Positions 8,308 to 17,454 of a DNA stretch of 64,000 nt are shown piece by piece. The position numbers and the translations under genes are program-made. Position 1 is the first letter of the stretch, and each line of letters begins with the position of its first letter. The notes under the pieces are model-generated. The model was not told the DNA's origin. It did not search any database and worked only from the letters and a program-made list of their open reading frames with translations. This DNA comes from Escherichia phage vB_EcoM-E33, in sequence record OL780484.1. One strand, 5' to 3'.

Positions 8308-8601
8308 ATGGATATTTTCCGTACAGCGGCTTGTATCCTTATGGCGGGATGTTTAAGCCCTACAGTTTCACTAGCAAATGGTGCCAATGATAAATTGATG
8401 GATGCATTTGCTAGTAGTGCGATGCCTGTTTATGCGCAAATGAGTAGACCCAGCGTAAAGGCCTCCGAAGACTATTGGGCCTATGTTACGGCTTCCTGGA
8501 AGATTTCAAGTTGTCGGACTATAGAAGCGTGCTCAATTGAAGGTCGGGCCATCGGAGAGCGTTATGTAAAACTAATGAAGGTGGAAGATGAAGTTCAATG
8601 A
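8308..8601 (+). CDS. secreted/lipoprotein-like 97-aa protein, possibly rI-like by position and size
   Basis: Signal peptide with LMAGC lipobox; T4 rI lies beside tk and is 97 aa; sequence itself not recognised. Confidence 0.35.
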   Translation: MDIFRTAACILMAGCLSPTVSLANGANDKLMDAFASSAMPVYAQMSRPSVKASEDYWAYVTASWKISSCRTIEACSIEGRAIGERYVKLMKVEDEVQ

Positions 8602-8971
8602 TTTCGTACCCAGTCGAGGGTCTGAAGTGGATTCTTATATTGGTTGGCTACTGGTTTCTTTAGCCTATTTTAAGTCAGCCCATTTAGAAACCAAAAGCTA
8701 TGCAAGACACAAAGCGTATGACTTCTATTATGTAGAAGTTCAAGGACCACTGGACCAATTTAGTGAGCAATATCTTGGATTCAGTGGCAAAGAATATAAA
8801 GCATCATTACCGTCTGCTTCAGACTTGCCTAAGGACCCTGTAGATTTCCTTGACGAGCTTCTTAAAGCATCTGATAAAATCTATGATACCCTTCCCAAGG
8901 CCATCCAGTCGACTTTGGACGATATCACTGGCGTCTTTTACCAGACTAAGTATTTGCTGACGTTAGAATAA
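8588..8971 (+). CDS. hypothetical protein
   Basis: 127-aa ORF followed by terminator. Confidence 0.45.
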   Translation: MKFNDFVPSRGSEVDSYIGWLLVSLAYFKSAHLETKSYARHKAYDFYYVEVQGPLDQFSEQYLGFSGKEYKASLPSASDLPKDPVDFLDELLKASDKIYDTLPKAIQSTLDDITGVFYQTKYLLTLE

Positions 8972-8976
8972 TCAAA

Positions 8977-9002
8977 GGTCTCACTTCGGTGGGACCTTTT
9001 TT
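8977..9002 (+). terminator. rho-independent terminator
   Basis: GGTCTCAC-ttcg-GTGGGACC hairpin followed by T6. Confidence 0.7.
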
Positions 9003-9011
9003 CGTTTAGGT

Positions 9012-9040
9012 GTTTACATCCTCTAGGAACATGATACTAT
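9012..9040 (+). promoter_or_regulatory. early promoter (GTTTAC ... TGATACTAT)
   Basis: -35 GTTTAC 9012-9017, extended -10 9035-9040; conserved block ATGATACTATAGACCTATCAA. Confidence 0.55.
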
Positions 9041-9068
9041 AGACCTATCAACTAATGAGGAGAACAGT

Positions 9069-9305
9069 ATGAAACTTACAAGTACTACGGTTTCATTAGA
9101 ATATGAAATCAACGGTCGTATCCTTGAGATTAAGATATTCGACGACCGAAGTATCTTCGCTGATTATCGAGGATACAGAATTCGTCTAGAAAAGGACGAG
9201 CTCAAGGAACCGTGGCTCCTTAAAGACACATTAAAGGGATGTGGATGTAAACTGAATACAGCCCAGGCCCAGGAATTGATTTCTAACATTAACAAATATT
9301 GGTGA
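9069..9305 (+). CDS. hypothetical protein
   Basis: 78-aa ORF downstream of promoter. Confidence 0.45.
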   Translation: MKLTSTTVSLEYEINGRILEIKIFDDRSIFADYRGYRIRLEKDELKEPWLLKDTLKGCGCKLNTAQAQELISNINKYW

Positions 9306-9309
9306 TATT

Positions 9310-9492
9310 ATGTTAACTACTGAACAGATTGAACAAATCCTTAAACTCGCTACTGCTATTGAACGGGATTCTTATGATATTGCAGTAGAACATTGCGAAG
9401 GCTATTCATATTCCGGAATAGAGCAGTGTAAACGAGATTTGGCTAACTCTAAAGCAGCATTGGTTGAGTATCTTAATGAGTTGAAAGCATAA
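9310..9492 (+). CDS. hypothetical protein
   Basis: 60-aa ORF. Confidence 0.4.
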   Translation: MLTTEQIEQILKLATAIERDSYDIAVEHCEGYSYSGIEQCKRDLANSKAALVEYLNELKA

Positions 9493-9749
9493 TGGCTGTC
9501 GGTTTTGCGAAGGATGGAGCCGAACAGCTCGAAATGGAAGCTGTTGTACAAGCCGCTATCACCCATGCGAGAGCACAAGTGGCTGTTGAACGTGAATCCT
9601 CTGAATTCTGTTTTGACTGCGACGAAAAAATTCCTGAAGCGCGGAGACAAGCGATTAAAGGTGTGATATATTGTGTTGGTTGTCAATCAATGCATGATAA
9701 AATTTTTAAACGTGAGCCACGAAATTGTTGGCACAGGAGCATGAGATGA
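9492..9749 (+). CDS. TraR/DksA-family C4 zinc-finger protein
   Basis: CFDCDEKIPEARRQAIKGVIYCVGCQ matches TraR/DksA zinc-finger signature. Confidence 0.5.
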   Translation: MAVGFAKDGAEQLEMEAVVQAAITHARAQVAVERESSEFCFDCDEKIPEARRQAIKGVIYCVGCQSMHDKIFKREPRNCWHRSMR

Positions 9750-9841
9750 TTTACTATCTTGAACCTTGGGCTTGGTTAACAATGACCGTAGGGCCTGTTT
9801 TAATTGGTTTATTCTTTTCGTGGTTGGCGAGGAAACTGTAA
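9746..9841 (+). CDS. small hydrophobic peptide (31 aa)
   Basis: ATG overlaps upstream TGA and its TAA overlaps next ATG; not in ORF track (too short). Confidence 0.3.
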   Translation: MIYYLEPWAWLTMTVGPVLIGLFFSWLARKL

Positions 9842-10038
9842 TGTTATATGACCCGAGTGGTAATTCTGAAGATGGTATTATTGTCCTCTTGGCAGATGTT
9901 GAAGAATCCGACGATGACATCTTTGTTAAAGATTGGGAAGAAAAAGGTGGAATCACGCTCCAACAAGAAAATGATATGATTTGTCTGAATGCAAGCCAAG
10001 TTGAAGAGCTTTATAGTATTTTAAAACATAACCGTTGA
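9841..10038 (+). CDS. hypothetical acidic protein
   Basis: 65 aa from internal ATG of ORF 9766-10038. Confidence 0.4.
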   Translation: MLYDPSGNSEDGIIVLLADVEESDDDIFVKDWEEKGGITLQQENDMICLNASQVEELYSILKHNR

Positions 10039-10048
10039 GGAATAGAAA

Positions 10049-10609
10049 ATGATTATTGAAACAACTGAATTGTTTGGCGAACTGTCCGCTGAAGTAGTTA
10101 ATAACGCAATTGAGCTTTCACAAGAAGACGATAAAATCGTACTGACTATCGCTGATATTAAACCGCTTTATGATTTAATGGTTTTGGATAGACACGATTA
10201 TCTTAATGGTCGTGCTAGTGCTCCTATTGATATCAATGATGATATGTATGCCTATATCTATAAAAACGAAAACGGGTTTAATCTGGAAAATGGTATTGAA
10301 TGTCTGAGCATCAGCGATTCTGATAAATTCTTTGATTGTATTTTCAAACTGTTCCAGGAAGAATGTAAGCCGGAAGTTGAATGGAAAGTCCCAGGCCAAG
10401 ATGCTGTGATTCGTTCTAGTGAAACGTTTGAAGGCACTGAAGAGGAATTAGATTATAATACTGAACTGACTGTGCTTCAACATAACGGCCGTGATTTGCT
10501 ATCCTTGACCCAAAGACACGACGGTGAAAATGAAGTGGTATTTACTAAGGACGAGCTCAAAGCTTTAGTCTCTTATCTGAACTCTGTTATCCCAACTATG
10601 AACTCTTAA
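10049..10609 (+). CDS. hypothetical acidic protein
   Basis: 186-aa ORF. Confidence 0.5.
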   Translation: MIIETTELFGELSAEVVNNAIELSQEDDKIVLTIADIKPLYDLMVLDRHDYLNGRASAPIDINDDMYAYIYKNENGFNLENGIECLSISDSDKFFDCIFKLFQEECKPEVEWKVPGQDAVIRSSETFEGTEEELDYNTELTVLQHNGRDLLSLTQRHDGENEVVFTKDELKALVSYLNSVIPTMNS

Positions 10610-10619
10610 GGAAAATATT

Positions 10620-11078
10620 ATGATTATCAATGCAAACTCTTGGCATGTTAAACTACATGACCGTTTTTATGCCAGTTATTCACGTCCGCGCTCATTATGC
10701 GCATACTTCTGGAAAATGGTTTGGGCGTGCTTTATATGTTCTGTGCTTGCAGGTAGTACTATTTTCGGCTTAACTGTTGCAGGTGCCGGTATATTGGAGC
10801 AGTTCTTTGTATTGAGTACTCCTGTTGGTTTAAGTTTAGGTTTTATTTTAGGACTGGTTACACTAGCTCTTATTCTAGCGGTAGCCGTTGGTATTGTGTA
10901 TTGTATAATGAATTTATGGTCCTGGTATGATTTACGTAAAGAAGAAAAGGAATGGCTACTAATTAAAGCTAAACGTGAAGGAAAGGAAATTAAAGAAAAT
11001 ATCGTTATTCAATATATCAAAGCTCGTAAATCTAAGGTCTGCCCTGTAATCCACTTCGAGAACAAAACAAACCCATAA
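10620..11078 (+). CDS. hypothetical multi-pass membrane protein
   Basis: 152 aa with several hydrophobic helices. Confidence 0.5.
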   Translation: MIINANSWHVKLHDRFYASYSRPRSLCAYFWKMVWACFICSVLAGSTIFGLTVAGAGILEQFFVLSTPVGLSLGFILGLVTLALILAVAVGIVYCIMNLWSWYDLRKEEKEWLLIKAKREGKEIKENIVIQYIKARKSKVCPVIHFENKTNP

Positions 11079-11842
11079 TGAATTATACCAAGCTTTATGA
11101 TAGTCTAATCCAAAGAGGTAAACTTAGAGGATTAGACAAATCCAAATTAAATTTTTATACAGAGTCCCATCATATACTCCCATCATGTATTGGTGGGAGT
11201 GATGAACCTAATAATTTAGTTCTGTTGACAGCCAGAGAACATTTTATAGCACACTGGCTTCTAGCTAGAATTCATTCTGATTCTTCTGGACTAATTTATG
11301 CTTGGTGGTCGTTTTATAGCTTCGGTGAGGATTCTCTAGGAAGAAATCTTAAACTAACTTCTAGAGGATACCAATTAGTTAGAGAAAAATTTTCAGAAAT
11401 TCATTCAAATGCGATGAAAGAAATATGGAAGACTGAAGAGTATAGAAATAAACGTTCTATAACTATGAGTCTACCGGAAATAAAAGATAAAATGTCTGCC
11501 GCTCAAATAGAAGCTCAAAACCGTCCTGAAGTTAAAGAGAAAATTTCTAAAGCTATTAAAGAAGCATTTAAACGCCCTGATGTTAGAGAAAGGCATTCTA
11601 ATGCTGTTAAGAAATCTCTAAATAATCCGGAAACTAAAAAGAGGCAATCTGATGCTTCTAAAGCAAAGCAAAGAATAGGAAAACATTGGCAAGATTATGA
11701 TTTGCTTTATTCTTTATGGGTTAAATTAAATAGGCCTAAGCGTGGGGCTTTTGGTACTTATATTAGTAAATTAGGATATCCCAAATCTAACTACCAACGT
11801 TTAATTATGCAATTTATTGAAGACTATGAAAGAGGTGAATAA
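11078..11842 (+). CDS. Mob-type HNH homing endonuclease
   Basis: HNH motif ESHHILPSCIGGSDEPNNLVLLTAREH; repeated basic NUMOD-like C-terminal motifs; paralog of 46719-47375; T4 mobD-like position. Confidence 0.7.
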   Translation: MNYTKLYDSLIQRGKLRGLDKSKLNFYTESHHILPSCIGGSDEPNNLVLLTAREHFIAHWLLARIHSDSSGLIYAWWSFYSFGEDSLGRNLKLTSRGYQLVREKFSEIHSNAMKEIWKTEEYRNKRSITMSLPEIKDKMSAAQIEAQNRPEVKEKISKAIKEAFKRPDVRERHSNAVKKSLNNPETKKRQSDASKAKQRIGKHWQDYDLLYSLWVKLNRPKRGAFGTYISKLGYPKSNYQRLIMQFIEDYERGE

Positions 11843-12852
11843 TGAGAACAGTTATGAAGGGATATTTTGGCTCCCACCTTTATGGAACAAGTACTCCGGA
11901 ATCTGATGTCGATTTTAAAGAAATCTTTGTTCCACATCCGCGTGATATTCTGTTAGGTACGGCTATGAACCATACCAACCTGAATACGAATAACACTGCT
12001 TCCAAAAACACTAAAGATGATGTTGACCACGAGCTTTACAGTCTGAAATATTTCTTTAAACTAGCGGCTGATGGCGAAACAGTTGCTTTGGATATGCTCC
12101 ACACTCCACCTGAACTGGTGGTTAAATCTGATTTACCTGATGTATGGAAATTTATCCAGGATAACCGTTCTCGGTTCTATACAACCAACATGAAAGCCTA
12201 TTTAGGGTACGTCCGTAAGCAAGCTTCTAAATATGGTGTTAAGGGTTCTCGTCTGGCTGCTCTGCGTGGTGTACTGGCAATCGTTAACCAGATTCCTGAA
12301 CAGTGGGTTGACTATCAAGAAGGAATCCCTGATAGACTTCGTCGTACTAAGGTAGAAGATATCAAACACAGACTCCCTGAAAATGAGTTCTGTGAATGGG
12401 TATTCCATAACCATGAGAAAACAGGCCCTCAAACGTTCTATACTGTTCTAGGACGTAAGTACCAAACTACTTTGTCTTTAATCGAGCTCAAGCAATCTCT
12501 GAATAAGCTCGATGCTGAATATGGTGAACGTGCCCGTAAAGCTGAAGCTAACGAAGGTATTGACTGGAAAGCTCTGAGCCATGCTTATCGGGCTGGGTAT
12601 CAATTGTTGGAAATCTACCAAACAGGCGACCTGGTATTCCCATTGCGCGAAGCCTCTATCATTAAGCTGATTAAGGCCGGTGAACTTCCATTTAAAGAGG
12701 TCCAAGAACTTCTTGAAGACACTGTTGATTTAGTCGAAGTACTGGCTATCCAGGCTCATAAGAACGGTATGCCTGCTAAGGTAGATATGAAGTTCTGGGA
12801 CAAGTTTGTTGAAGAGGTATACCTTGACAACCACAACTCTTATTATCGATAA
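11842..12852 (+). CDS. Pol-beta-superfamily nucleotidyltransferase-like protein
   Basis: N-terminal GSHLYGTSTPESDVD (GS..YG...SD.D nucleotidyltransferase signature); 336 aa. Confidence 0.45.
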   Translation: MRTVMKGYFGSHLYGTSTPESDVDFKEIFVPHPRDILLGTAMNHTNLNTNNTASKNTKDDVDHELYSLKYFFKLAADGETVALDMLHTPPELVVKSDLPDVWKFIQDNRSRFYTTNMKAYLGYVRKQASKYGVKGSRLAALRGVLAIVNQIPEQWVDYQEGIPDRLRRTKVEDIKHRLPENEFCEWVFHNHEKTGPQTFYTVLGRKYQTTLSLIELKQSLNKLDAEYGERARKAEANEGIDWKALSHAYRAGYQLLEIYQTGDLVFPLREASIIKLIKAGELPFKEVQELLEDTVDLVEVLAIQAHKNGMPAKVDMKFWDKFVEEVYLDNHNSYYR

Positions 12853-12859
12853 CGAAGAA

Positions 12860-13048
12860 ATGAAGGTCTTTTTATCATATGGAAGACCCCATAAAACCCG
12901 ACGTTGGTATCTTGAAGCTGTCTGTAAAGAAACCGGACGTCGAGTCAATATCAAGTACGCATGCAAACCTACGCCTAAACAGACAAGACGATTTGTTAAC
13001 TGGGCTGTAAATGATATCCGCTTCTATAATTTTTGGAGCGCAATTTAG
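12860..13048 (+). CDS. small basic hypothetical protein
   Basis: 62 aa from ATG 12860, just after the nucleotidyltransferase stop. Confidence 0.35.
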   Translation: MKVFLSYGRPHKTRRWYLEAVCKETGRRVNIKYACKPTPKQTRRFVNWAVNDIRFYNFWSAI

Positions 13049-13069
13049 GAACCTTCGGGTTCCTTTTTT
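13048..13069 (+). terminator. rho-independent terminator
   Basis: GGAACC-ttcg-GGTTCC followed by T6. Confidence 0.7.
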
Positions 13070-13088
13070 GGGTTTAGTGCAAAAAGGT

Positions 13089-13117
13089 GTTTACAACCTC
13101 GTAGAGCATGATACTAT
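13089..13117 (+). promoter_or_regulatory. early promoter (GTTTAC ... TGATACTAT)
   Basis: -35 13089-13094, -10 13112-13117, conserved ATGATACTATAGACCTATCAA block. Confidence 0.55.
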
Positions 13118-13165
13118 AGACCTATCAAATAAATGAACTGAAACAACTTAAAACGGAGATACAAA

Positions 13166-13420
13166 ATGAATATTAAAGCACCTTTCGCCGGTAATGTTAT
13201 TCGTGAAGATTCAATCGAAATCAACGGTGTGGTAGTTAAAGCGGTTTTAACTGATATCAAAACCTTGGTTAAAGTTGATTACTTAACCTTTAATTTCGAA
13301 AACATTGAAGGTTATATTAATTTCCCACCAAGCATTAAAATGCATGTACGCCATGAAACTTGGTCTAAAGCAGATCAGCAAAAAGCAGTAGATTTTATTA
13401 TTGAGTTCTTCTCAAAATAA
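13166..13420 (+). CDS. hypothetical protein
   Basis: 84-aa ORF. Confidence 0.45.
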   Translation: MNIKAPFAGNVIREDSIEINGVVVKAVLTDIKTLVKVDYLTFNFENIEGYINFPPSIKMHVRHETWSKADQQKAVDFIIEFFSK

Positions 13421-13488
13421 GTGTGTACATATGCTTTAAACGTGTTATTATAGACCTATCAAATCTACTGAGTGAAATGGAGAATATA

Positions 13489-14469
13489 ATGTTAACTATC
13501 AAAATCAACAAAGGTATCTATCGCGGTAATGAAATCTCTGGTACGTTCATGAGTTCAGGTAAAACCTGGTTCCCTAATAAAATTCATGAATCCGAAGCTC
13601 ACCTCGGTGATGGCAAGGTATTCGTACAGATTGATGGTGTTGAACGTGGTGTATGGGTGTTCAAATGTGACGTTGAAATGGAAGGTGCTGAAGCTCCTGC
13701 AGTTGTTACTGAATCCGCTGAAGAAATGAAACATCGCATTAACAAACGTTTTAAAGTAATGAACATGATGACTAATGGAATCATCGATGGTAAAATTCGT
13801 TCCCTTATCATCTCTGGTGCCGCAGGTATTGGTAAAACGTATTCTTTGGATAAAGCATTACAGAATGCCCACGAAAATGAAACTATCGAATATAAATCAA
13901 TCAACGGAAAGATTAGTGGAATCGGTCTTTACGAGCAGCTTTGGAATAACCGCGGCCCTAATAGTGTTCTTCTTATTGATGATGTTGATGTATTCTCTGA
14001 TATGGATATCCTGAACCTGTTAAAAGCAGCATTGGATACTGGTGAAAAACGTAAGGTGTGCTGGAGCACTTCAAGTTCTTATCTTGATGATAAAAATATC
14101 GATAAAGAATTTGAGTATGAAGGCACCATCGTGTTCATCACCAACGTTGATATTGACCGTGAATTAGAGCGTGGAACTAAACTTGCTCCACACCTCCAGG
14201 CTTTAGTATCGCGTTCAGTTTACTTAGACCTCGGAGTTCACTCGAACGAAGAGATTATGGTTCGTGTTGAAGACGTTATCCTGTCCACTGATATGATGCA
14301 AAACCGTGGTCTGACTGATGCCGAGACTTACCAAGCTTTAGCATGGATGAAGGCTAATGTATCTCGTCTTCGTAACGTATCATTACGTACAGCTCTTTAT
14401 CTGGCGGACTTCATTGCCACCGATAAAAATGACTGGAGCGAAATCGCTGAAGTTACACTTCTGAAATAA
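13489..14469 (+). CDS. AAA-type P-loop ATPase
   Basis: Walker A GAAGIGKT, Walker B VLLIDDVD; start at ATG 13489 after GGAG SD. Confidence 0.55.
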   Translation: MLTIKINKGIYRGNEISGTFMSSGKTWFPNKIHESEAHLGDGKVFVQIDGVERGVWVFKCDVEMEGAEAPAVVTESAEEMKHRINKRFKVMNMMTNGIIDGKIRSLIISGAAGIGKTYSLDKALQNAHENETIEYKSINGKISGIGLYEQLWNNRGPNSVLLIDDVDVFSDMDILNLLKAALDTGEKRKVCWSTSSSYLDDKNIDKEFEYEGTIVFITNVDIDRELERGTKLAPHLQALVSRSVYLDLGVHSNEEIMVRVEDVILSTDMMQNRGLTDAETYQALAWMKANVSRLRNVSLRTALYLADFIATDKNDWSEIAEVTLLK

Positions 14470-14478
14470 GGGTGAATT

Positions 14479-14820
14479 ATGTTTGAACAATTTATTTACA
14501 ATCTTTATAACGCAGGTCAGACTTTTTCCAAAGCTATGAAACAGTCCGTCGAGGACTATGATAAAGAACTTATCGATGGATATACTAATAGAGTTTATAA
14601 AACTGATTGTGAAGAAGGAGACTACAAGAGACTGCTCTTGGCCGCGAAGACCCAGGCCTTAATAAATCTAGACCATAAGCAGGTAAAGTTGGCAGGCGAC
14701 TTCCGAGATGAACTCTGCGCCATCAGGAATGAATATCGCATTCGTATTGAACACCAACGGAAAGAGAACACCCAATCCGCCTGGTTTAGTGGTCAAGCCG
14801 GTGAAAAAAGTTTCTATTAG
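14479..14820 (+). CDS. hypothetical protein
   Basis: 113-aa ORF. Confidence 0.45.
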   Translation: MFEQFIYNLYNAGQTFSKAMKQSVEDYDKELIDGYTNRVYKTDCEEGDYKRLLLAAKTQALINLDHKQVKLAGDFRDELCAIRNEYRIRIEHQRKENTQSAWFSGQAGEKSFY

Positions 14821-14822
14821 TT

Positions 14823-14872
14823 GTTTACATCTCCAGTAGAAATGATACTATAGACCTATCAACTACTGGAGG
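14823..14872 (+). promoter_or_regulatory. early promoter (GTTTAC, TACTAT) with inverted repeat TCTCCAGTAG/CTACTGGAGG covering the SD
   Basis: Arms carry compensatory changes relative to 2301-2343 (CTGTAG/CTACAG -> CAGTAG/CTACTG). Confidence 0.6.
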
Positions 14873-14877
14873 TTAAC

Positions 14878-15402
14878 ATGAACGCTAAAGATATTTTTTC
14901 ACTCATCAATTATAACAATGGTAATTTCAAATCCGAAAAACAAAGCAAGTTCTTTAACGACGTTGCTTGTGGTAATGAGATTACTGTATCTGGAGGAGAG
15001 ATTTACAAAAGCCGTTGGAACTGGATTGTTGTCATCGATTCAGTTGGTATTGTAGAGCTCTATAAAAACACTAACAAAAAACGTACTCTTCACTGGAGTC
15101 GTGAAACCAATCAAGCTTATCAAGCTGAACGTAACAAACGTTTAATGCCTACCGAATCTGACCTGGCAAACGTTAAATCTGATATCGCTTATTTCGATAA
15201 TCTGATTGCTGAACAACAAGCTGTTATTGATAAGTTTGACGAAATCAAAGCTTGTAAAGAGATTCCTGAATTCATGCGGGAATCAGTAAACGAACAGTAC
15301 GCCCTCACTTCAGGTCGTATCGAGCAGTACAAATCACAACGAGCTGAACGCCAAGCTCTGCTTCAGAAATTTGAAGAGCGTTTAAAGACGGTTCTCGCAT
15401 AA
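14878..15402 (+). CDS. hypothetical protein with helical C-terminal tail
   Basis: 174-aa ORF behind early promoter. Confidence 0.5.
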   Translation: MNAKDIFSLINYNNGNFKSEKQSKFFNDVACGNEITVSGGEIYKSRWNWIVVIDSVGIVELYKNTNKKRTLHWSRETNQAYQAERNKRLMPTESDLANVKSDIAYFDNLIAEQQAVIDKFDEIKACKEIPEFMRESVNEQYALTSGRIEQYKSQRAERQALLQKFEERLKTVLA

Positions 15403-15465
15403 ACGCTTTATACCAAGGATGGTATAATGGTTCTAGGTTCTTAATTACTTACTGAGGAAATTATT

Positions 15466-16308
15466 ATGTCACAGGCAATTAATCAAATTCGTTCTGAAGT
15501 TAAAAAAGTTGTTAAATTTGGTCGTATTCCGAGTTCTAAAGAAGTGGTTGAAAAGGTTCTATATATGATGTGGGACAAGTTCAATGTTTGTACTGTTAAA
15601 GATGACTTCACTAAAATCTTTGATAAGACCAGGTCGTTTACCTTAGAAGACCGGGTCATGAAAACTCTTCGTAAAACAGGTATGTTGTCTCGTGCTAATG
15701 CCAAAATTATTCTTAAAAATTATAACAAAGGCTACGACCTCTATGGTCGTTTAATCCCGGCGATGTCATTTGACGAAGTGGTTCAAGACCTTCATGCCAA
15801 CCAACGACGTCTACTAGCACTAGGTGCTCGCCTTGCAAAAGGTCAAGATAAACAAATGACCTTTAAGACTAATGGTTCAGGTGATTGGATTATCTTTAGT
15901 ATTGTTAACCACCCCAGAAATGAAAATGAGTATACCATTTCAACTTTTAGTGGTTGTCAATATGACAACTGGAAGTTCCATCTCCGATTAGCCTTGTCCG
16001 AATTAGAACAGCACGGTGTTCTTAGTTTTGGTGATGCCGAAACTGGGGTGGGTCAGCGTATTAAACTTTATAAAATTAAAGACCTGGCTGAAGAGCATTC
16101 AGAACAAGCTCCTAAACCGGAACCTGTGCCAGTGCGCAGCAATGAGAAGCACCAAGCTCAAATCGAGTATTTTAGCAATTTGCTTACTTGTCTTAATGTT
16201 ACAATTCAACAACAAGATGATGAGATTTTCCGACTCTCTGGTCTGAATGCTAAAGCCAAGGCTGAACGTCAAAAATATATCGATATCCTAAATCTTCTTA
16301 AGGATTAA
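15466..16308 (+). CDS. hypothetical protein with helical C-terminal tail
   Basis: 280-aa ORF; TIR ACTGAGGAAATTATTATGTCACA shared with 23290 gene. Confidence 0.5.
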   Translation: MSQAINQIRSEVKKVVKFGRIPSSKEVVEKVLYMMWDKFNVCTVKDDFTKIFDKTRSFTLEDRVMKTLRKTGMLSRANAKIILKNYNKGYDLYGRLIPAMSFDEVVQDLHANQRRLLALGARLAKGQDKQMTFKTNGSGDWIIFSIVNHPRNENEYTISTFSGCQYDNWKFHLRLALSELEQHGVLSFGDAETGVGQRIKLYKIKDLAEEHSEQAPKPEPVPVRSNEKHQAQIEYFSNLLTCLNVTIQQQDDEIFRLSGLNAKAKAERQKYIDILNLLKD

Positions 16309-16310
16309 TT

Positions 16311-16526
16311 ATGGAAATTATTGGTTTTATTCTTGCTTATCTTGTGATAGGATTTATTACTGCTTTGATTGCGCATAAAACAGGCGCGTGGAACCCGGTT
16401 AAAATTGAATCAAGCTATGATGCGGTATTCATTACATTTGTATGGCCAGTATTTTGCTTTGCCTGGTTATGTATGCTAATTCTGTGGCCTATCGCTAAAC
16501 TCTATGAAAAATTATTTGGACTCTGA
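16311..16526 (+). CDS. small membrane protein
   Basis: 71 aa, two hydrophobic helices. Confidence 0.45.
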   Translation: MEIIGFILAYLVIGFITALIAHKTGAWNPVKIESSYDAVFITFVWPVFCFAWLCMLILWPIAKLYEKLFGL

Positions 16527-16527
16527 T

Positions 16528-17397
16528 ATGAACATTAAAACACGTAAAGAATATTCCATCTATGACCATGACACGACTCGTCGTATCGCTATCGATCGGC
16601 TGGCAGACTTTGGCCATATTTGTAATGGTAATTATACTTATGGTGTAGGTCGTAAAGGGACTTATATTAGTTCTTTGAACGATTATTGCCGTTGCCCTGC
16701 TCATTTATTTGGTGCAACACTGCGAGCTAATATCAAAGACCTCTTGGCTACCGCAGGACGTATTTCTACGGTTCCTGTCAATATCAAGAATATTAATTTT
16801 ACGGCTCGTAACCTAGTCATTAATATTCTGCCTGACGGTATTCAAGTTCGTTTCCGTCCTACCTCAAAAGGTAATAAGGCCCTTCGTGAAGCATTCGAAA
16901 CCTTATTCAGAGAGGCAATGACCCGTATTAAGGCAGTAGAATCATATAAAGTTACAACCGATGAATATGCTGATTGTTTTGAGCGGGCTGATGCAGTGTA
17001 TTTTAATGTTAAACTAACTCGTGAATATCTTTTGTCTTATGCCCCTTATCAATCCCAACAAAAGGACCCACAAATGGAACGTCGTATCTCTGCAGTATCA
17101 TGTGACAGTGTAGGCCAGTATGCGGCCTATGACAAATTCAAAACCACTGCTGTACCAAGCCCATTCAATTCCGAACCGTATCATTGGAAAATTAAACCCG
17201 AGAATTCTTTGGTGGTTACTAACCCTACGATGAAACCTATCGAGAAGTATCATGAGGACCACCTCCAGGAATCAATCCACCGTTTAAACGGCCAGATCGA
17301 AGATGAGAAAAAGAGTATCCAAGACGTATTGATTCGCATCAAGAACATGGAACTCCAGCGTGACAAGCTCCGCGCGGCAGTATTAGCTCTAAAATAA
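16528..17397 (+). CDS. hypothetical protein with helical C-terminal tail
   Basis: Start at ATG 16528 just after upstream TGA (alternative 16504). Confidence 0.45.
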   Translation: MNIKTRKEYSIYDHDTTRRIAIDRLADFGHICNGNYTYGVGRKGTYISSLNDYCRCPAHLFGATLRANIKDLLATAGRISTVPVNIKNINFTARNLVINILPDGIQVRFRPTSKGNKALREAFETLFREAMTRIKAVESYKVTTDEYADCFERADAVYFNVKLTREYLLSYAPYQSQQKDPQMERRISAVSCDSVGQYAAYDKFKTTAVPSPFNSEPYHWKIKPENSLVVTNPTMKPIEKYHEDHLQESIHRLNGQIEDEKKSIQDVLIRIKNMELQRDKLRAAVLALK

Positions 17398-17454
17398 TGT
17401 TTACATCCAAGGATGGATGGAGTATAATCTTTTAAATCTACTGAGGAGAATATC

